Shown here one piece after another: positions 1 through 13,630 of a DNA stretch of 64,000 nt (positions are counted from its first letter, which is position 1; each line of letters begins with the position of its first letter). Source of the stretch: Guillardia theta CCMP2712 (lineage: Eukaryota > Protista > Cryptophyta); contig NW_005434613.1 of assembly GCF_000315625.1 (NCBI RefSeq), positions 209,309 to 273,308 of the forward strand. The letters run 5' to 3'. The translations under genes and the position numbers were made by a program. The notes under the pieces are model-generated. The model made no database searches and was not told where the DNA came from. It worked only from the letters and a program-made list of their open reading frames with translations.

Positions 1-3000
1 CTCGCTACGCTTCGTCGTCATCATACGACCCATCCCAAAGGCGACAAAGTTACAAGCAGTGAGTACCGAGACGAGGAAGGAAAGGCGGTGGGAGCAGGGG
101 GAGCAGGAGAAAGCAAGGGATGGGAGAATGATCTCAGCTACTATACTGCATTTGTGGTGACGTTGTATCAGAGATGGCTCGAACAGCAAGACGATCAAGA
201 GGAGCAAGGCAGATCTAGAAGCTTGCCTTCCACCATCGTCGAGGAAAAGACGATTCCGTCTCAAAGAACCGCTGGACAGGTTGTATCGTGTTTGTAGGAC
301 ACGTTTGCGCTCAGGGTCTTTTGTTTGCCCTGCAATCATGCTGAGCGATGCGAACTGACCCGATGGATGGTCGAGTGATTCGATGTTCAGATACATCACC
401 ATCGTGAGGACAGCAGAAGAAGCGAAACGTGTTGTGGAGTATCTCAGCCAACCGCGAATGGGTAAATCGAAAGCGATTGAATATGACGACAATGACGATG
501 ATGAATGTGGCGATGGTCACAAGATGATGACATGATTGATCTGATAATGCTGAGGCAATGATGCTGAGATGATGGCAAGACATCGAGTTGTTGTGCAGCC
601 ATCACGATGAGAAGCGTTGGGGTGCTGACGTCACTGAATAGAAAAACTTACTTTCGCTTGCGACACGGAGACCATTAACATCGACCCGACTTCAGAGAGT
701 CCAGTAGGGAAGGTACAAGAAAAACACTGCTGTGGTGGATGGGAGCAGGAGCAAGAGCAGGAGCAGGAGGAAGGACCAGGGCGAGGGCGAGGGCAAGAAC
801 GAGGAACAGGAGGAGCTGTAGGGAGGGAGAGAGAGCGAATAAGGAACGGGAGGATTGAAAAGACTCTGATTGTCCTACAGGGCGAGGTTGTTTGCTTTTC
901 CCTCTTTGCGGGCCCCGGGGGTGTCAACTTCGCCGATTTCGCGGAGACGGTGGAACTGAAAGAGATCGAAATTTACAAGGGCGGCAAGAAAGCACGATCA
1001 AAGTCTGTTAGAGCAGTGAAGAGTACACGATTATGGGTTGACACGACTGGAGATGAAGGGAGAAAGGTAAGACGTGAACGAAATATCAGACGATTGTTGT
1101 GCTTGACAACATCTAGATCCTGGAAGTTTTTAAAGAATGGTTTGGCGATGATAGGTTCAAGAAGGTGATTAATTTCGATCTTCTTGCCTCCGACCGCAAT
1201 CTTGCAATCATGTTTTTGCTCATTTTTTGGAAGTTTCCTTGCTTGCTCCAATAATCTTTCTGCAGATTTTTCACAACTGGAGTTTTGATGGACATCTCCT
1301 TGCAAATCACGGGATTGAAGTGGGCGGATTCAAAGGCAAGATGAAAATTAGATCCTTGGACATCGATGTCGTCGAAGTAGACGCTGATGTTGACTCTGAT
1401 GTTATTGTTACTGTGCAAATGTCATGCCGTGTGTTAGATCCACGATGAAGTTTCTGGGACATGCACGTTCCGCTTTCCTCACATGCTCTGAGCAGGTGAT
1501 ACAGTTCACATGGCCAGGTTGTGGGACACAAGCAGGCAAGGCAGAGGAGGATACAAGCTGTCAAGCCTCATGCAGGACCTGCTGGGTTGGGGCAAAACAG
1601 ACATGAAAGAGGTGAATCTGTAGCGTGTAGTTGAAAGAGCAGGGAGGGAGGAGGAGGAGGAGGAGGAGGAGGAAGAGGAGGAGCAGCAGCATCAGCAGCA
1701 GAAGCGGCGGCGGCTGTGGCGGCAGCAGCAGCAGCAGCATGAGGAGAATTTTGGGGAGAAGGGTAGCAGAAGGGACGTTGGGAAATTAAAGGATGGGGTG
1801 CAAGGGAGGGAGGGGGAGGGAGGGGGACTGTGCTGCAGCGATACAGCAACAATGACACGTCCTTTGAAGGTTTTCGGCCGTTTCAAGCTGAAGAAAGACG
1901 GGACCCCCGGCAAAGTCGTTTACCTTCCGGACTCGTTGACCCTGCAGGTAGCGCAATCGCATGCATAAGTTATACTTATGAGGACATGTTTCTTGCGTCA
2001 TCGCAGACAGATCCGAACGTGACCATGTTCGAAAAGTGGATCCACTACTCTACCTACGACACGATCTGCACGTGGTATCTCTATTTCTCCCTCCGGAAGG
2101 AGCTGGAAAACATGTCGTGGAGCCCCGATGCGATCGTGTACGAGAACGAGTTGTTGAAGATGAGGGGTGAGAAAATTTTCAACTGTGTAGCCAGTGGGTC
2201 TGACATTTCGATTCCTCCGTCCCTCTCATTTCCTCCTTCACTCCCTCCGACGTACTCCCTTGCTCATTTCCCCTTTTCTCTCTCTCGATGCCTACCTCCT
2301 ACTCTGTCCCTGTTCGTCTGTACTCGACTCCCCCCTCCCCCTCTCCCCCCTTGAACTCGCTTCCCTGCTCTTGCTCGACCTTGGCAGCTGATCGGACGCT
2401 CTTCACTTTCTATGACTGCTTCTGGAGGCCTTTTGGACAGATCCTGACGGACATGGAAAGGAAGGGAATGTACATCGACAAAGACTATCTGTATCAGCAG
2501 GCTGAGAAGGCCCAGGAGGACAAAGAGAAGAGGACCGAGTCGTTCATGCAGTGGGTTCGCTCCCTATGCCCCGACGGGAAGTATATCAACATCAACAGCA
2601 ACCCACAGAAACGACACCTCCTCTTCTCCAGCATCACTGTAAGTTCCTCCTCCCTTCCCTCCCATCCCTCCCTTCCTTTCCTTCTCCTTCCCCTCCCCTC
2701 CCTTCCCTCCCTCCTCACACCTGACGGTGGAGCAGGTAAGGATCGTGTCCTCGCATCCTGTCAGAGACAAGGACATGCGCCTGACCTTCAAGCCGGACGA
2801 CGTCGTCGAGCTCGCCTACAGGGATGGAGAGAAGCTCATCCGCCAAGGGCTGGCGGTGGAGGAGGAGCCTGATGACGCTGGTTCCCGCGAGCCGCACATG
2901 AGAACGTTCCAGGTTGACAACAAGGTGGAGGAGGAGGAAGAGAGGGAGGAGGAGGAGGGAGAGGAGGGAGAGGTGCTGTTTCTGTCTCCTCCTCGTTCCA

Positions 3001-4458
3001 AAAGAAGCATCTCCCTCCTCGGCCTCGCCCTCACCCCCGTTGCTTACACGGCGACCGGACAAGCGTCTACGGCTGGTGCTCCTCACTCTCCCTCTCCCTC
3101 TGCCAGTCCTTTCCGACTACGACTACCTATTTTTACTCTCTCCTCCTCCTCCTCCTCTTCCTCTTCCTTCTCCTTCTCTCACACCTTCGATCATCCTCTC
3201 TCTCCATTTCCTTAGCCCGTATTCCACTCCCCCCCCCTTGCCTGCCTGCCTGCCTCGTGCCTCCTCCTCCTCCTCCTCCTCCTCCTCCTCCTCCTCCTCC
3301 TCCTCCTCCTCCTCCTCCTCCTGTTCAACCACATCCCCCGCCATGACCTCGATCGCAGGCCAAGTGATCCAGAAGCTCGCCGGGAAGCCTTTCGCCTCTC
3401 CTCCCTCCTACGGCACAGCGTTCAAAGACCTCGGAGGAGGAGAGGAGGGCAAGGCTGCGTGCGAGGCGCTGGCTAGCCTGCTGGAAGGGGAGGCGATCGA
3501 GAAACTGCTGAGCACCTTCCTCCTCCCACTGCCGGAGCAGACGGACGAGGCGAGCAGGATACACACTTCCCTGAACATCAACACAGAGACTGGGAGGCTG
3601 TCGTCGCAGCGCCCCAACCTGCAGAACCAGCCGGCGCTAGAGAAGGATGTGTACAGGATGAGGAAGGCGTTTTCCGCTCCTCCGGGGAGGAAGCTGATCA
3701 TAGTGGACTACGGGCAGCTGGAGCTGAGAATCATGGCACAGATGACGGGCTGCCGGAGTATGCTAGACGCGTTTGAGCAAGGAGGAGACTTTCACTCGAG
3801 GACAGCGATCGACATGTACCGCTACATCGCTGAAGCTGTGGAGAGGAAGGAGGTGCTGCTGGAGTGGAACTCGCACGACGGGGCTCCACCAGCGCCGATG
3901 CTCAAGGACAAGTTTGCGTCTGAGAGGAGGAAGGCCAAGACCCTCAACTTCGGCATCGCGTACGGGATGACGAAGATGAAGGTGGCGAGGGACTGGGGGG
4001 TGTCGCTTGAGGAGGCGGAGGAGACTATCCAGACATGGTACTCAGCACGAAAGGAGGTGAAGCAGTGGCAGGAGGAGGTGATCGAGCGAGCAAGGAGGAC
4101 CGGGTATACGGAGACGTTCCTGGGGAGGAGGAGGTACCTGCCCGAGATCAACGGCAGGGACGGGGTCGGCCGGGGGCATGCGGAGCGAGCAGCGATCAAT
4201 ACGCCGATCCAGGGAGGAGCAGCAGATATCGTGATGATGGCGATGCTGAAGCTGCGCGGGGAGGAGAGGATCAGGAGGCTGGGATGGAGGATGGTGATGC
4301 AGATTCATGACGAGATCATCCTGGAAGGGCCCGAGGAGACGGCGGAAGAAGTTTTCCCCCTGGTGCGAGCATGCATGGAGCAGCCGTTCGACTCGCCGCT
4401 GAGCGTTGAGCTGCCAGTGGATGGGAGCATAGCAGACAACTGGTATGAAGGGAAGTGA
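1..4458 (+). CDS. Organellar family-A DNA polymerase (POP / Pol I-like) with 3'-5' exonuclease; multi-exon, 5' end outside the window
   Basis: Spliced exons give ExoI FACDTETINID (~650-680), IFHNWSFDGH, HMARLWDTSR and the POP-like FGRFKLKKDGTPGK. The last exon has TETGRLSSQRPNLQNQP, motif A DYGQLELRI, motif B RRKAKTLNFGIAYG, NTPIQG and motif C QIHDE. The poly-Ser start of ORF 2914 is intronic. Confidence 0.95.
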
Positions 4459-5141
4459 GGGAGGAGGAGGAGGAGGAGGAGGAGGATGAGGGAGAAGAGA
4501 GCAGCAGCATTAACAGCAGCGGCAGAATGACGTAAAAGTTAGTGATGATCATGATGAGCCGGAGGACCCGGTGGAAGAGGTGAGGAAGAGCAGGAGAGGA
4601 GGAGGAAGAGGACGACGACGACGATTAGGAGGAGGAGGAGGATGAGGAGGATGAGGAAGAGGAGGAACGATGACAGGAAGAGCAGGAAGAAGAGGAGAGG
4701 AGTTGTCGTATAATATGTCTTCATTCACTTCACAAAGTCACGAGTAAACATCACAAACGTTAGGGGCAACGACAGATGAGACTATCTACACTTGCTGGAA
4801 AAAAATTACATGAAACGAGCTTGTCATGGTTAGTGTTGAAAACCTCCCCTGATGCGCGAACCTCGGGGTCCTCCTCCTCCTCCTCCTCCTCAGCTTCCCG
4901 CTCCTCCTTGGTCTGTTTTGACTGCCATGAGCGGCTGACAGCATCGCTCTCAGTCTTCATCCCCATCAGCACTTGACGCGTGCCGGTTATCCATCCTCCT
5001 CCTCCTCCTCCTCCTTCCAAGACGTCCGGTACCCGCTCTTGTCCAAGTTCCGGTCCCCATCCCAGTCCGCCGCGCTTCTCTTCTTCCTCCTGCTCCTCCT
5101 GCCATCATCTTGTATCCTGACCTTCGTCCACCACCTCCCCT

Positions 5142-7460
5142 TCAACCATGGTAGTTCGCATACCCATCATAGGCATACACAGGATACTGATAGGGATAGT
5201 AGTACCGGTTATCAACCGCAGGGGGCATGTCGTACCCCTCCTCCGGCTCGTAGTACCCGTACCCGTCCTCCATCCTCGCCATCCCATCCTCCTCCGGCAT
5301 CCCAGCAAACCACCCGTAGTCGTAGGAGTGACCGTAGTACTCCTCGGGGACGTACTCGGGGAGGAAGGAGGTGGGGAGGGGAGGGGAGAGGTACCTAGTG
5401 GTACTGTCCATCCTGGCCCTCGCCCTCCCCTCCTGCGAGCAGCCCAGCCCGTCTAGCAGGAGCTCGTCCTCAGCAACTTGCCGCAGCTCCTCCTCGTACA
5501 TGACCTTCGACTCTGATATCACGCTCTCTATCCTGTGCAGCAACTCGTTGACTGTGTTCTCATGCCTGTCCAGCTGTGCATGCGCTGTCCTCCTCCTATG
5601 GTTCCAGTCCTCCGCTGCCCTCCTCCTCCTCCTCCCCTCCCTCGCGCGCGCGAGGGTCTTGAAAAGCTGCACGGCCCGCGCCTCCCTCCTGTTCTGCAGC
5701 TCCTCCTTCGCCCTCTCCGACTGATCCTCCTCCACTTCCTCCGCCCGCACCGCCGCCTGCTCCCACCCGGCTGCCTCCGGCTCCTGCTGCTTCCCCGCTA
5801 CATGTTCCTCATACACATCGTCTTCAATGATCTCGTTCTCCTCCAGGTCACTTTCCCGCTCTCCCCTCTCCTCCTCCTCCACGTACGCCTGCTGGTACGG
5901 AGCTGGGTAGCCATAGTGCTGCTCGTATGCCCCGAGATCGTACTCCTCCTCCCCATGCTGCATGTAGTACGTGTCCTCCACTCTCCCTTCTTCCTCCTCG
6001 TCCACCCTCGAGCTATCTCGGAGACGCTGTGTGATCTCGTCTCTGAACCTTTGCTCGATGCTCGCGTTCTCCTCCTCAGTGAAATCCCCGTACATATCCG
6101 AGGAGGAAGCAGCAGACCTGACTCTGTGCAGATCCTGCTTCCTCCTCACCTGCTGCTCCAGCACAGCCGCTTGCTGGTACTGCTGGTGCTGGTGCTGCTC
6201 GCCGAACTCCTCCACTTGCCCTGTGGCAGAGAAGCTCTGAACGCTCGGGTCAGGGTAGGCAGCGGCATCGTCGATCTCCACAGCAAACTCTCGCACATCC
6301 AATGTGTCGTACTTGCCAACTGGATCGTACTCATACGCTCCAGCTCCAGCTCCAGCTCCAGCTCCAGCAGATGCCAAGTACTCCTCGTCCTCCTCCTCCA
6401 GCAGGTACTTGTCAAGGTCCACGTCGTTCATGTCAGACAGCTGCACATCGTCGTCCTCCCCCAGCTCCTCTCCCAGCATCTCCCCAGCATAGTCGTCGTA
6501 CTGATGTCTGATGGCTGATAGCGACTCTCCAACATCAAACTGGTCCTGCAGGTACTCCCCACCACCCAGCCCAGCTGCTACTTCACCTCCAAGCCCAGCC
6601 ATCGGGACGTCCACAAACGCCTCGTCGTACCCTGACAGCGGCTCGTCTCTGCCCAGCAGCTCGTCCACGTGCTGGAACGCCTGCAGACCCGGGTCGTCGA
6701 AGGGGGGAGAAATGTGGAAGTCGGCGGTGAGAGCGTCGTCCCCGTACCCCAGCGCCGTCCCCTCTCCACCTCCCACGTGTTCTTCCTCCTCCTCCTCTCC
6801 TCCCTCTCCATCGTACACATCGTAGAACACCTGGTGTCCGGACATGATGCTGAACTGCATGACTTTCTTCTCCTCCTCAGCGATCTTGTAGTCGAATCTC
6901 CTCTTCTGCTCTCTGCTCAGCTCCTTCCTTCTCACCGTCTCTCCCGCCGTCCACATCCTCCTCGCCCTCTCCCTCGACGCCGACGCAAGCTTGTTCGCTA
7001 CCAGCCTGATCGCTTCCAGCTTCCTCTTCGCCTCCTTCACCCTCTGCGCCGCATCCTCTGACGCCGGCCCCTCATCGCGCAAGTTCATCACCGAGGCAAG
7101 CAGGAGCTCAGCATCGCTCGTCATCGACTTTGGGTAGGAGGGGGAACGAGCAGCCAGCAGGGCCTCTACGTCCTCTATCTCACTCTCCGGCATGCTGTCC
7201 TCGCGCAGGACGGCGGCAGCGGCGGAAGCAGCAGCAGCGGCAGCGGCAGCTCCCTGCTTGCTTTTCTTCTTGAGCAGAGCCTGCTCCCAGTCCGGTGAAG
7301 AGCTGCTCATGCTCAAGTCCTCTGCGGAAACATCGTCTGCTCGACCTGCTGCCAACTGTGAGGAGGAAGAAGAGGGGAGGGGATTGTTGAGAAGGAGGAG
7401 TGAGGGAGTAGCAAGCAACAGAGAGGGAGAGGGAGAGAGGGAGAGGGAGAGAGAGAGAGA

Positions 7461-7504
<44 letters not shown>

Positions 7505-8609
7505 TGTTGAGAAGGAGGAGGGAGGGAGTGGTGAGAAACAGAGAGCGAGTGAGATGAGGAGGAGCGAAGACGAGAAACGGAGGGAGACGCGGAGGATGAA
7601 AAAGCCACTGACCTTGCGCGTGTTCCGGAACGAGCAAAGTCTGCAACAAGTAGGAAGAAAAGAAAAGACAAGTCAGCAAGGGAAGTTGTAAGCAAACATA
7701 TCATAACATGGAGCAAGATGAAGAAAACGCCGTCAAACACAGGACAACATGTCAAAAACACAAACAACAAACACGCCTCTATCAAGTCACAGCATCACAT
7801 GCTCTACCTTGACAGCTGAGAGTGTGTTTGACAGCATCCTGTCTCTCCCCTTCTTCCTCTCCTCGTCCTGCTCTCCCTCCTCCTCCTCCTCCTCCGGCTT
7901 GATCGAGGCACTGTCGCGAGGAGAATGCAGCATCATCACATTATTCCCTCCCGTTTTGAACCCGTCATCGTCCACAGCAAACTCACGGGACAGCACCCAC
8001 TGCGATGAGAGTGAGGAGAGAGGAAGGAGAAGGAAGAGAAAAGAGGAGGAGAAACAGGAGGAGGAGAAGTGCAGAGACAAGGAGGACGACGAAAAGAGAG
8101 AAAGAGGAAAAGATGAGAGAGGAGGAGGGGAGGAGAGGATAGAGGAGGAGAAGAACAAACGAGGAATGAAGTAAAATTATCTCACTCTGTCATCCTCGAG
8201 GAACTTGAAACAATGCTTCCCTGCTGGCAACCACACCTGTCACACGCTGTTAGAGAACTACTAGTCTCCTCCTCCTCCTTTCTCATCTCTCCTCCTCTTC
8301 CTCCCTCATCTTGTACTCACGTAGGTCTCCCAGGTATCTCCGTCCACTCTCTCAAGCTCGTGCAATTGCGTCCAGTCAGACCATGAACCAACCTGAAGAG
8401 AAAAGTAAGAAAGGATGTGAGGTAAGACAAGACAAGACAAGACAGGAACACAGATGACGATGCAAAGCAAGGAGAGGAAAGGGCTCTTCACTCACCAGGT
8501 TGACAGACTTGACGTTTGGAGCACTGTGATATCTGCAAAACATAATCAAAATCAGACAGCACGAGACAAACAAAAACATCGACAAAACATCATTATCATC
8601 ATCATTGTC

Positions 8610-8643
<34 letters not shown>

Positions 8644-10250
8644 ATATCAGCATCAAGACACATGATCACCACTGTCAATCATTCAACAAACTCTCACCTG
8701 ATAGGAACGAGAGAGATCGCTCCTGTCCAGCTGAGCCTCTTTTCCAGGCCCTTGACAAAAAGTTGCTGGAAGGCCTCGATCACCTTCTCCTGTGAGAGTT
8801 GCGAGTCGCCAACGATGGACTGACAACAAGATAAGTCCTCCTCCTCCTCCTCCTCCTCCTCCTCTTCCTCCTCCCCCTCCTCGTCTTCGTCCTCGTCCTC
8901 GTCCTGCTCCCCTTTCCCCCTGCTTCTTCTTTCTCGTCCTCCTTCTCCCCTTTCCCTTTCCCCTCTTCCTCTCCTCACCTGCAGGTTGACTGTCGGAGCG
9001 ATCCCAACGGACTTACCGAGATCGTTTCGGTTCTCCTGTAGAGCAAAAAGAATCAGGAAGAACGAAACGGCTGGAGTATCAGGGAGGAGAGAGGAGGGAG
9101 GAGAAGAGAGTAAGGAGGAAGAGAGAGGAGGGAGAAGGAGATGAGGGAGGAGAGAAGGGAGGAGACCCAGGAGGAGGAGGAGGAAGAGGAAGGGGAGGAG
9201 GAGGATAGAGAGGAGGAGGAGGAAGATGGAGAGGAGGAGGCGGCGCTGGCCACAGCGCTAGCTCACCATGGGCGTTGGCATTGCGATGACTTGACCGAGC
9301 TTCTCCGAAACGTCTGCGCTGATTGAGGCAGCGAGCAGAAAGGATCTGTCAAGGCTGTTGGCGTTGGCCCTCCTGTTCCTCTCGCTCGTCTCGTCGATCT
9401 GCTTCAGCCCGTACAGGGGAGCGCCGGCAACTAGGATGTTGTTGCCTGCTCGCAGAGTGAGAGGGGAAGGAGGAGAGAAGAGGGAAATGAGGGGAGAGGA
9501 GGGGACGAAGGAAGGTGTGAGAGGAGAGGAGAGGAGAGGACAGGAGAGGAGAGGAGAGGAGAGGAGAGGAGAGGTTTTCACCGCATGTTTTCATTCCATC
9601 ATCCACTCTTGGCCAGTCGGGGGAAGCGATCCACTTATCAAGACATCAGAAAGAGAATCGCAAGAGGAGAGGGAGGGAAGAGAAGCGAAAGGAGGAGGTT
9701 GTAGGGAGGGAAGAGAAGCGAAAGGAGGAGGTTGTAGAGACTGACCTTGCCGTCTACCACGAACTTGAAGGCATGGAATCCTACAGGCAGCCGAAGCTGA
9801 AAGAAGCTTGTCAGAAGGAAAGGAGGAGAGAGGAACAAGGAGGAGGAAGAGGAAGAAATAGTACTGTTTTTACCTCAGCTCCCCATACATATTGCCCGTT
9901 CTTCTTGAGAATCTTTTTCATTGTAGTCTGCAGGATTCATATCAGACGGCAAGAACAAGAGAAGGAGGAGGAGGAGGAGGAGGAGGAGGCGACAAGTGAA
10001 TGAACATGTAAAGACAGCATTTCATAGTGAAGGAATCGGACAAGTGAAGAGAGAAGTTGATAGTGGAGAGAGAGAGATACAGGGGGAGATTTTCCAAGAG
10101 AGCTGGCGAATGACGAAGAAGGTGTTTGGGAACAGTGCAGCACAACTCACCTGCTCTGCCCACTTGGACCAGGAGCCCGCAATGTTGACCTGAAGGGAAG
10201 AACATCGATCAGTCATTACCAAGAGGCATCCAGCAAACAAACAAGAGGAT

Positions 10251-10282
<32 letters not shown>

Positions 10283-10786
10283 GGAGGAGGAGGAGGAGGA
10301 GGGTACCTGATGTGCTGACTCTCCACCCTTGAACTCAACCCAAACTTTCACCATCTGCCCTCCTTTTCGGCACCTGACCAATTCAGTTCAGCACATGGCA
10401 AGGCTCCAACGGCTGCCGCTACCTCTCCTTGCTCTCCCTCATGTACTTCTGAACGAGCTTGAGCGTCTTCACATTCAGCATCTCCTAGAAGCGCCAAGGG
10501 CGTCAGCCTCCTCCACAACAAAATAGCTCCTTTTCTGTCTCACCACGTACTCCTGGTTCATCACGACCTTGCACTGCTGCCCCTTCTTCTGAACCTCCAG
10601 GTCGCCTCTCCTCTCTCTCGTTGCAATGTGTGCTTCTCCTCCCCGCAGACGCTCCACCATCGGCCTCCTTGACGTCCACATGACCTTCTTGTTGTATCCT
10701 GACCATGCTGGCCCGTGCTCGGCTGCATGAGCGCAGCACTGGACCAGACATGCGACGAAGAGGATCCTCCCGCTGTCGAATCTCAT
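5142..10786 (-). CDS. Signal-peptide protein with two CBM48 (AMPK-beta-type glycogen/starch-binding) modules and a long acidic/coiled-coil C-terminus; multi-exon
   Basis: N-terminus MRFDSGRILFVACLVQCCAHA...ERLRGG. CBM48 motifs VNIAGSWSKW...LRLPVGFHAFKFVVDGK...W...NNILV and VGSWSDWTQLHEL...LPAGKHCFKF...QWV...GGNNVM. Large terminal exon ~7356-5142. The 3' end is uncertain. Confidence 0.75.
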
Positions 10787-12467
10787 CTTGTTCGTCCTGT
10801 CCTTGCTTCCTTGTTCTTGGATCTGAACCCCTCGGGAGCTGGTCTTGCACGGGCCAAAGGGATGCAGGAAAGTTCCTTCTCGTCCAAAGTCAGCAGCGTT
10901 ACCGAACGATACAGAAAAGGAAGGGATAAACTTTCAGAATACTAGAAGAAAGTTTGAGATAGTTTCTACATACAAACACAGCCTTTGGCCTTTCACTTAT
11001 GCACTTATGAGACATCTGCTTTCAAACTTGCGGAATGGAACGAACAAAGTTTTCGAAATTTTGAAAAACACTCGCTATATGAAACACATGGTAGGCTTTC
11101 CTCCAGTTTGGTCATATCATTTGTCACGCACAACGAATGTCTTCATCTTCGACGTCTCATCGCTCCTCGTCAACAAATAATACGCTGCCTACATGCCCTA
11201 CAAAGAAAAGGGGAACACATATTTGAGATATTCGTTGACTATCCTCCTGACCTTCTGTCGCACCCTGCAGCATTCTTCTTCCTCCTGTTATCAATCATGG
11301 TTCAACCCATGCTCTGCCTCTCCTCCTCCTCTCTTCTCCCCCTCCCATCTTCGGCATCGGCATCCACGATAGCGCTCCCCCTGCCCATGGATCTCCCTAT
11401 TCGCCCTTATCCCTGACACCCCCAACCCCAGCCAAAAGACCCCTAACCCCTTATTAAGATACCCCACCTACTCAATTACCACAAAAAACATAGCGTCGTA
11501 CCCTCTGATAGACACAGTTTTGACCTCCCTTGGCAATTACACCCCCAAATTTAGTACCCCCACCGCCTCTGATCGATCGGGTCCTTTGTACCTTTCACCC
11601 CACCCTGATTATCTGAGATGACAATACCCCCAGGTCTTGTTTTACCCTAGAGGGACTCTTTTTACAACTCACTACCCCTACTTTTCACTACACCCCACCC
11701 CCTAATCAGTCTTGGCATCCAGCCCGTTCACTCCATGGACAGCCCTACCCCCACATCTCCCAAAAAACCCTCCACCCCACTTTCAAGTACCCTATGAACT
11801 TCTGGGACTACCCACCTCAATAATGAAAAGTACCCCATTATTATGACAATACTTTGTACCCCCACCCCACCACAAATCTCATTCCCATTTGTGTCAACAG
11901 TACCCCTGCTATGGACAGCATGACCCAACCACCCTACCAACTGTGAACCTCCGGAGATATACCCCGAATCACCACCCTACATTTAAACACCCCACCCCCC
12001 CTGTGCTATCTCGCCCCCTTCTTTCCCCTCATACTTTCCTTCCCTTCTGTTTTACAGCAAACTTCCCGAGAAAACTTGAAAAAGAAAATTCCCGGGCCGC
12101 CGGGCCGCCGGGTCCGAGTCCTTGCCGATGGCCTGAGACTGAAGTTTAACAAATCTTTTGATCAATCATGGCAGGACGAGGAGGCCTTTGAATCAATTCC
12201 GAGTCACCGCGGGTCACTGTTCGAGCAAGTTGGCCCGGGCGGCGGGCGGCCGGGGCGCTGGCCGGGCGGGCCAGGAGCTTAACGATTAAGACTCGGGAGC
12301 GGCTGAGCTGCCTTCCTTGAATCAAACTTAGAAACTTAGCATCCGTCACGGTGGACTTGCTCATTAAAGTTTACTTGCTGGTTTCAACAAGCGCGGCCCT
12401 GCGCGCGGCGGCTGCTACTCACTGCGGGAGGTGTCCGACTGAGTCTATGCCCCCTGTCGCCTCCTCC

Positions 12468-13630
12468 TCACTCTACTGAGATGTTCTGAAGCCCTGCAGC
12501 CGCTTCCTCCACCTCCTCGTCGGAGTCCTCCCCGTCGTCGAAGTCGTACTCGATGAGAATATACTGGGCCTCGGGGGGGGTGTTGTACTGCCATTCCTCG
12601 CAGATCTGAAGCCCTGCAGCCTCCTCGTCGTCCAGGTCGTACTCGATGAGAAGCGCCTGGGCCTCGGGGAGGGTGTTGTGCTGCCATTTCTCGCACTTCT
12701 CCTTCAGGTTCAGCCAGTCAGGAGGGCAGGTGCCCTCCCTCCTCCTCCTCCTGTACTCCTCCAGCAGCAGCCGCAGCACGGGGAAGCCTTGCTGCACGTC
12801 GCGATCATAGATCTGAGCGTAGTTGATGCTGGTCGACTGCTGCCCTCCTCGTCGCACGAAGATGTCCGCTCCCTCCTCGATCAGCATGCGAACCATCGCG
12901 ACGTCGCTCCTGTACACGGCATAAAGCAGCGGCGTCATGCTGTCGATGTTTGCCATCGCTGCGTTCCTCCTCCCATCGAAGTGATCGTTAACAGGGCTCG
13001 GCCCTCTTGCTGTCCTCAGGAACCTCCGCACCTCTTCCACGTCTCCGGCCTGCAGGGCAGAGACTGGCGTGTGAGCTGAGCCCAAGCTGAGAAGCAGCTG
13101 GACTGTGTCCGTCAGCAGAAACTTCGCGGCGATCTCGATCAGGCGGCAGCCGACGAGCCTGAGGTCTTCGTCCGGTCGAGCAGCTGAGAGGGGATGCGGG
13201 CCTCGCCGGCCCCCGATGAAGGCGCTCTCCGGACATCTTTCAGTGAGTAAGCGAGGATGCCTACGGGCCCTCTCCCCCAGCTGCTCCCGAGCTGCCTCGC
13301 TGCCGGACAAGACCGCCAGCACGAACGCGTCCAGCTCTATCCCTGCCGCTCGGTAGTGGGGGAGAAGGGCCTCTACCACGTCAAACCTGCGGTACAGAGC
13401 CGCGGCGACGACAGGGAGGACAGGGAACCCGTTCCTGCTGTTAAGACGCGGCGAGTTGAGGATCTTGTCTACTCGCAAGGGCTGGCGGAGGAGGCTCGAG
13501 TCCTCTCGGAGCAGCTGCTCGATCCGATCGATCTCGCCGCACTGTATCGCCTCCTCCCAGCCCGGCTGCAACGGTACAAACGCCTCCATCATGCGCTCGA
13601 AGTCCTCGGGGTCCGAGTCGGGGCAGTCAA
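12468..13630 (-). CDS. Ankyrin-repeat protein or region, intronless
   Basis: Ankyrin motifs PVVAAALYRRFDVVEALL, LIEIAAKFLLTDTVQLLLSLG, TPLLYAVYRSDVAMVRMLIEEGADI. A ~31-aa unit is duplicated at the C-terminus. The start is either ATG 13592/13589 or a frameshift continuation of the upstream ORF. Confidence 0.8.

Noticed and set aside
5535-6518. 327-aa plus-strand ORF and similar antisense ORFs (e.g. 38227-38862, 18537-19382)
   Set aside because: Shadows of GC3-rich coding sequence on the opposite strand.
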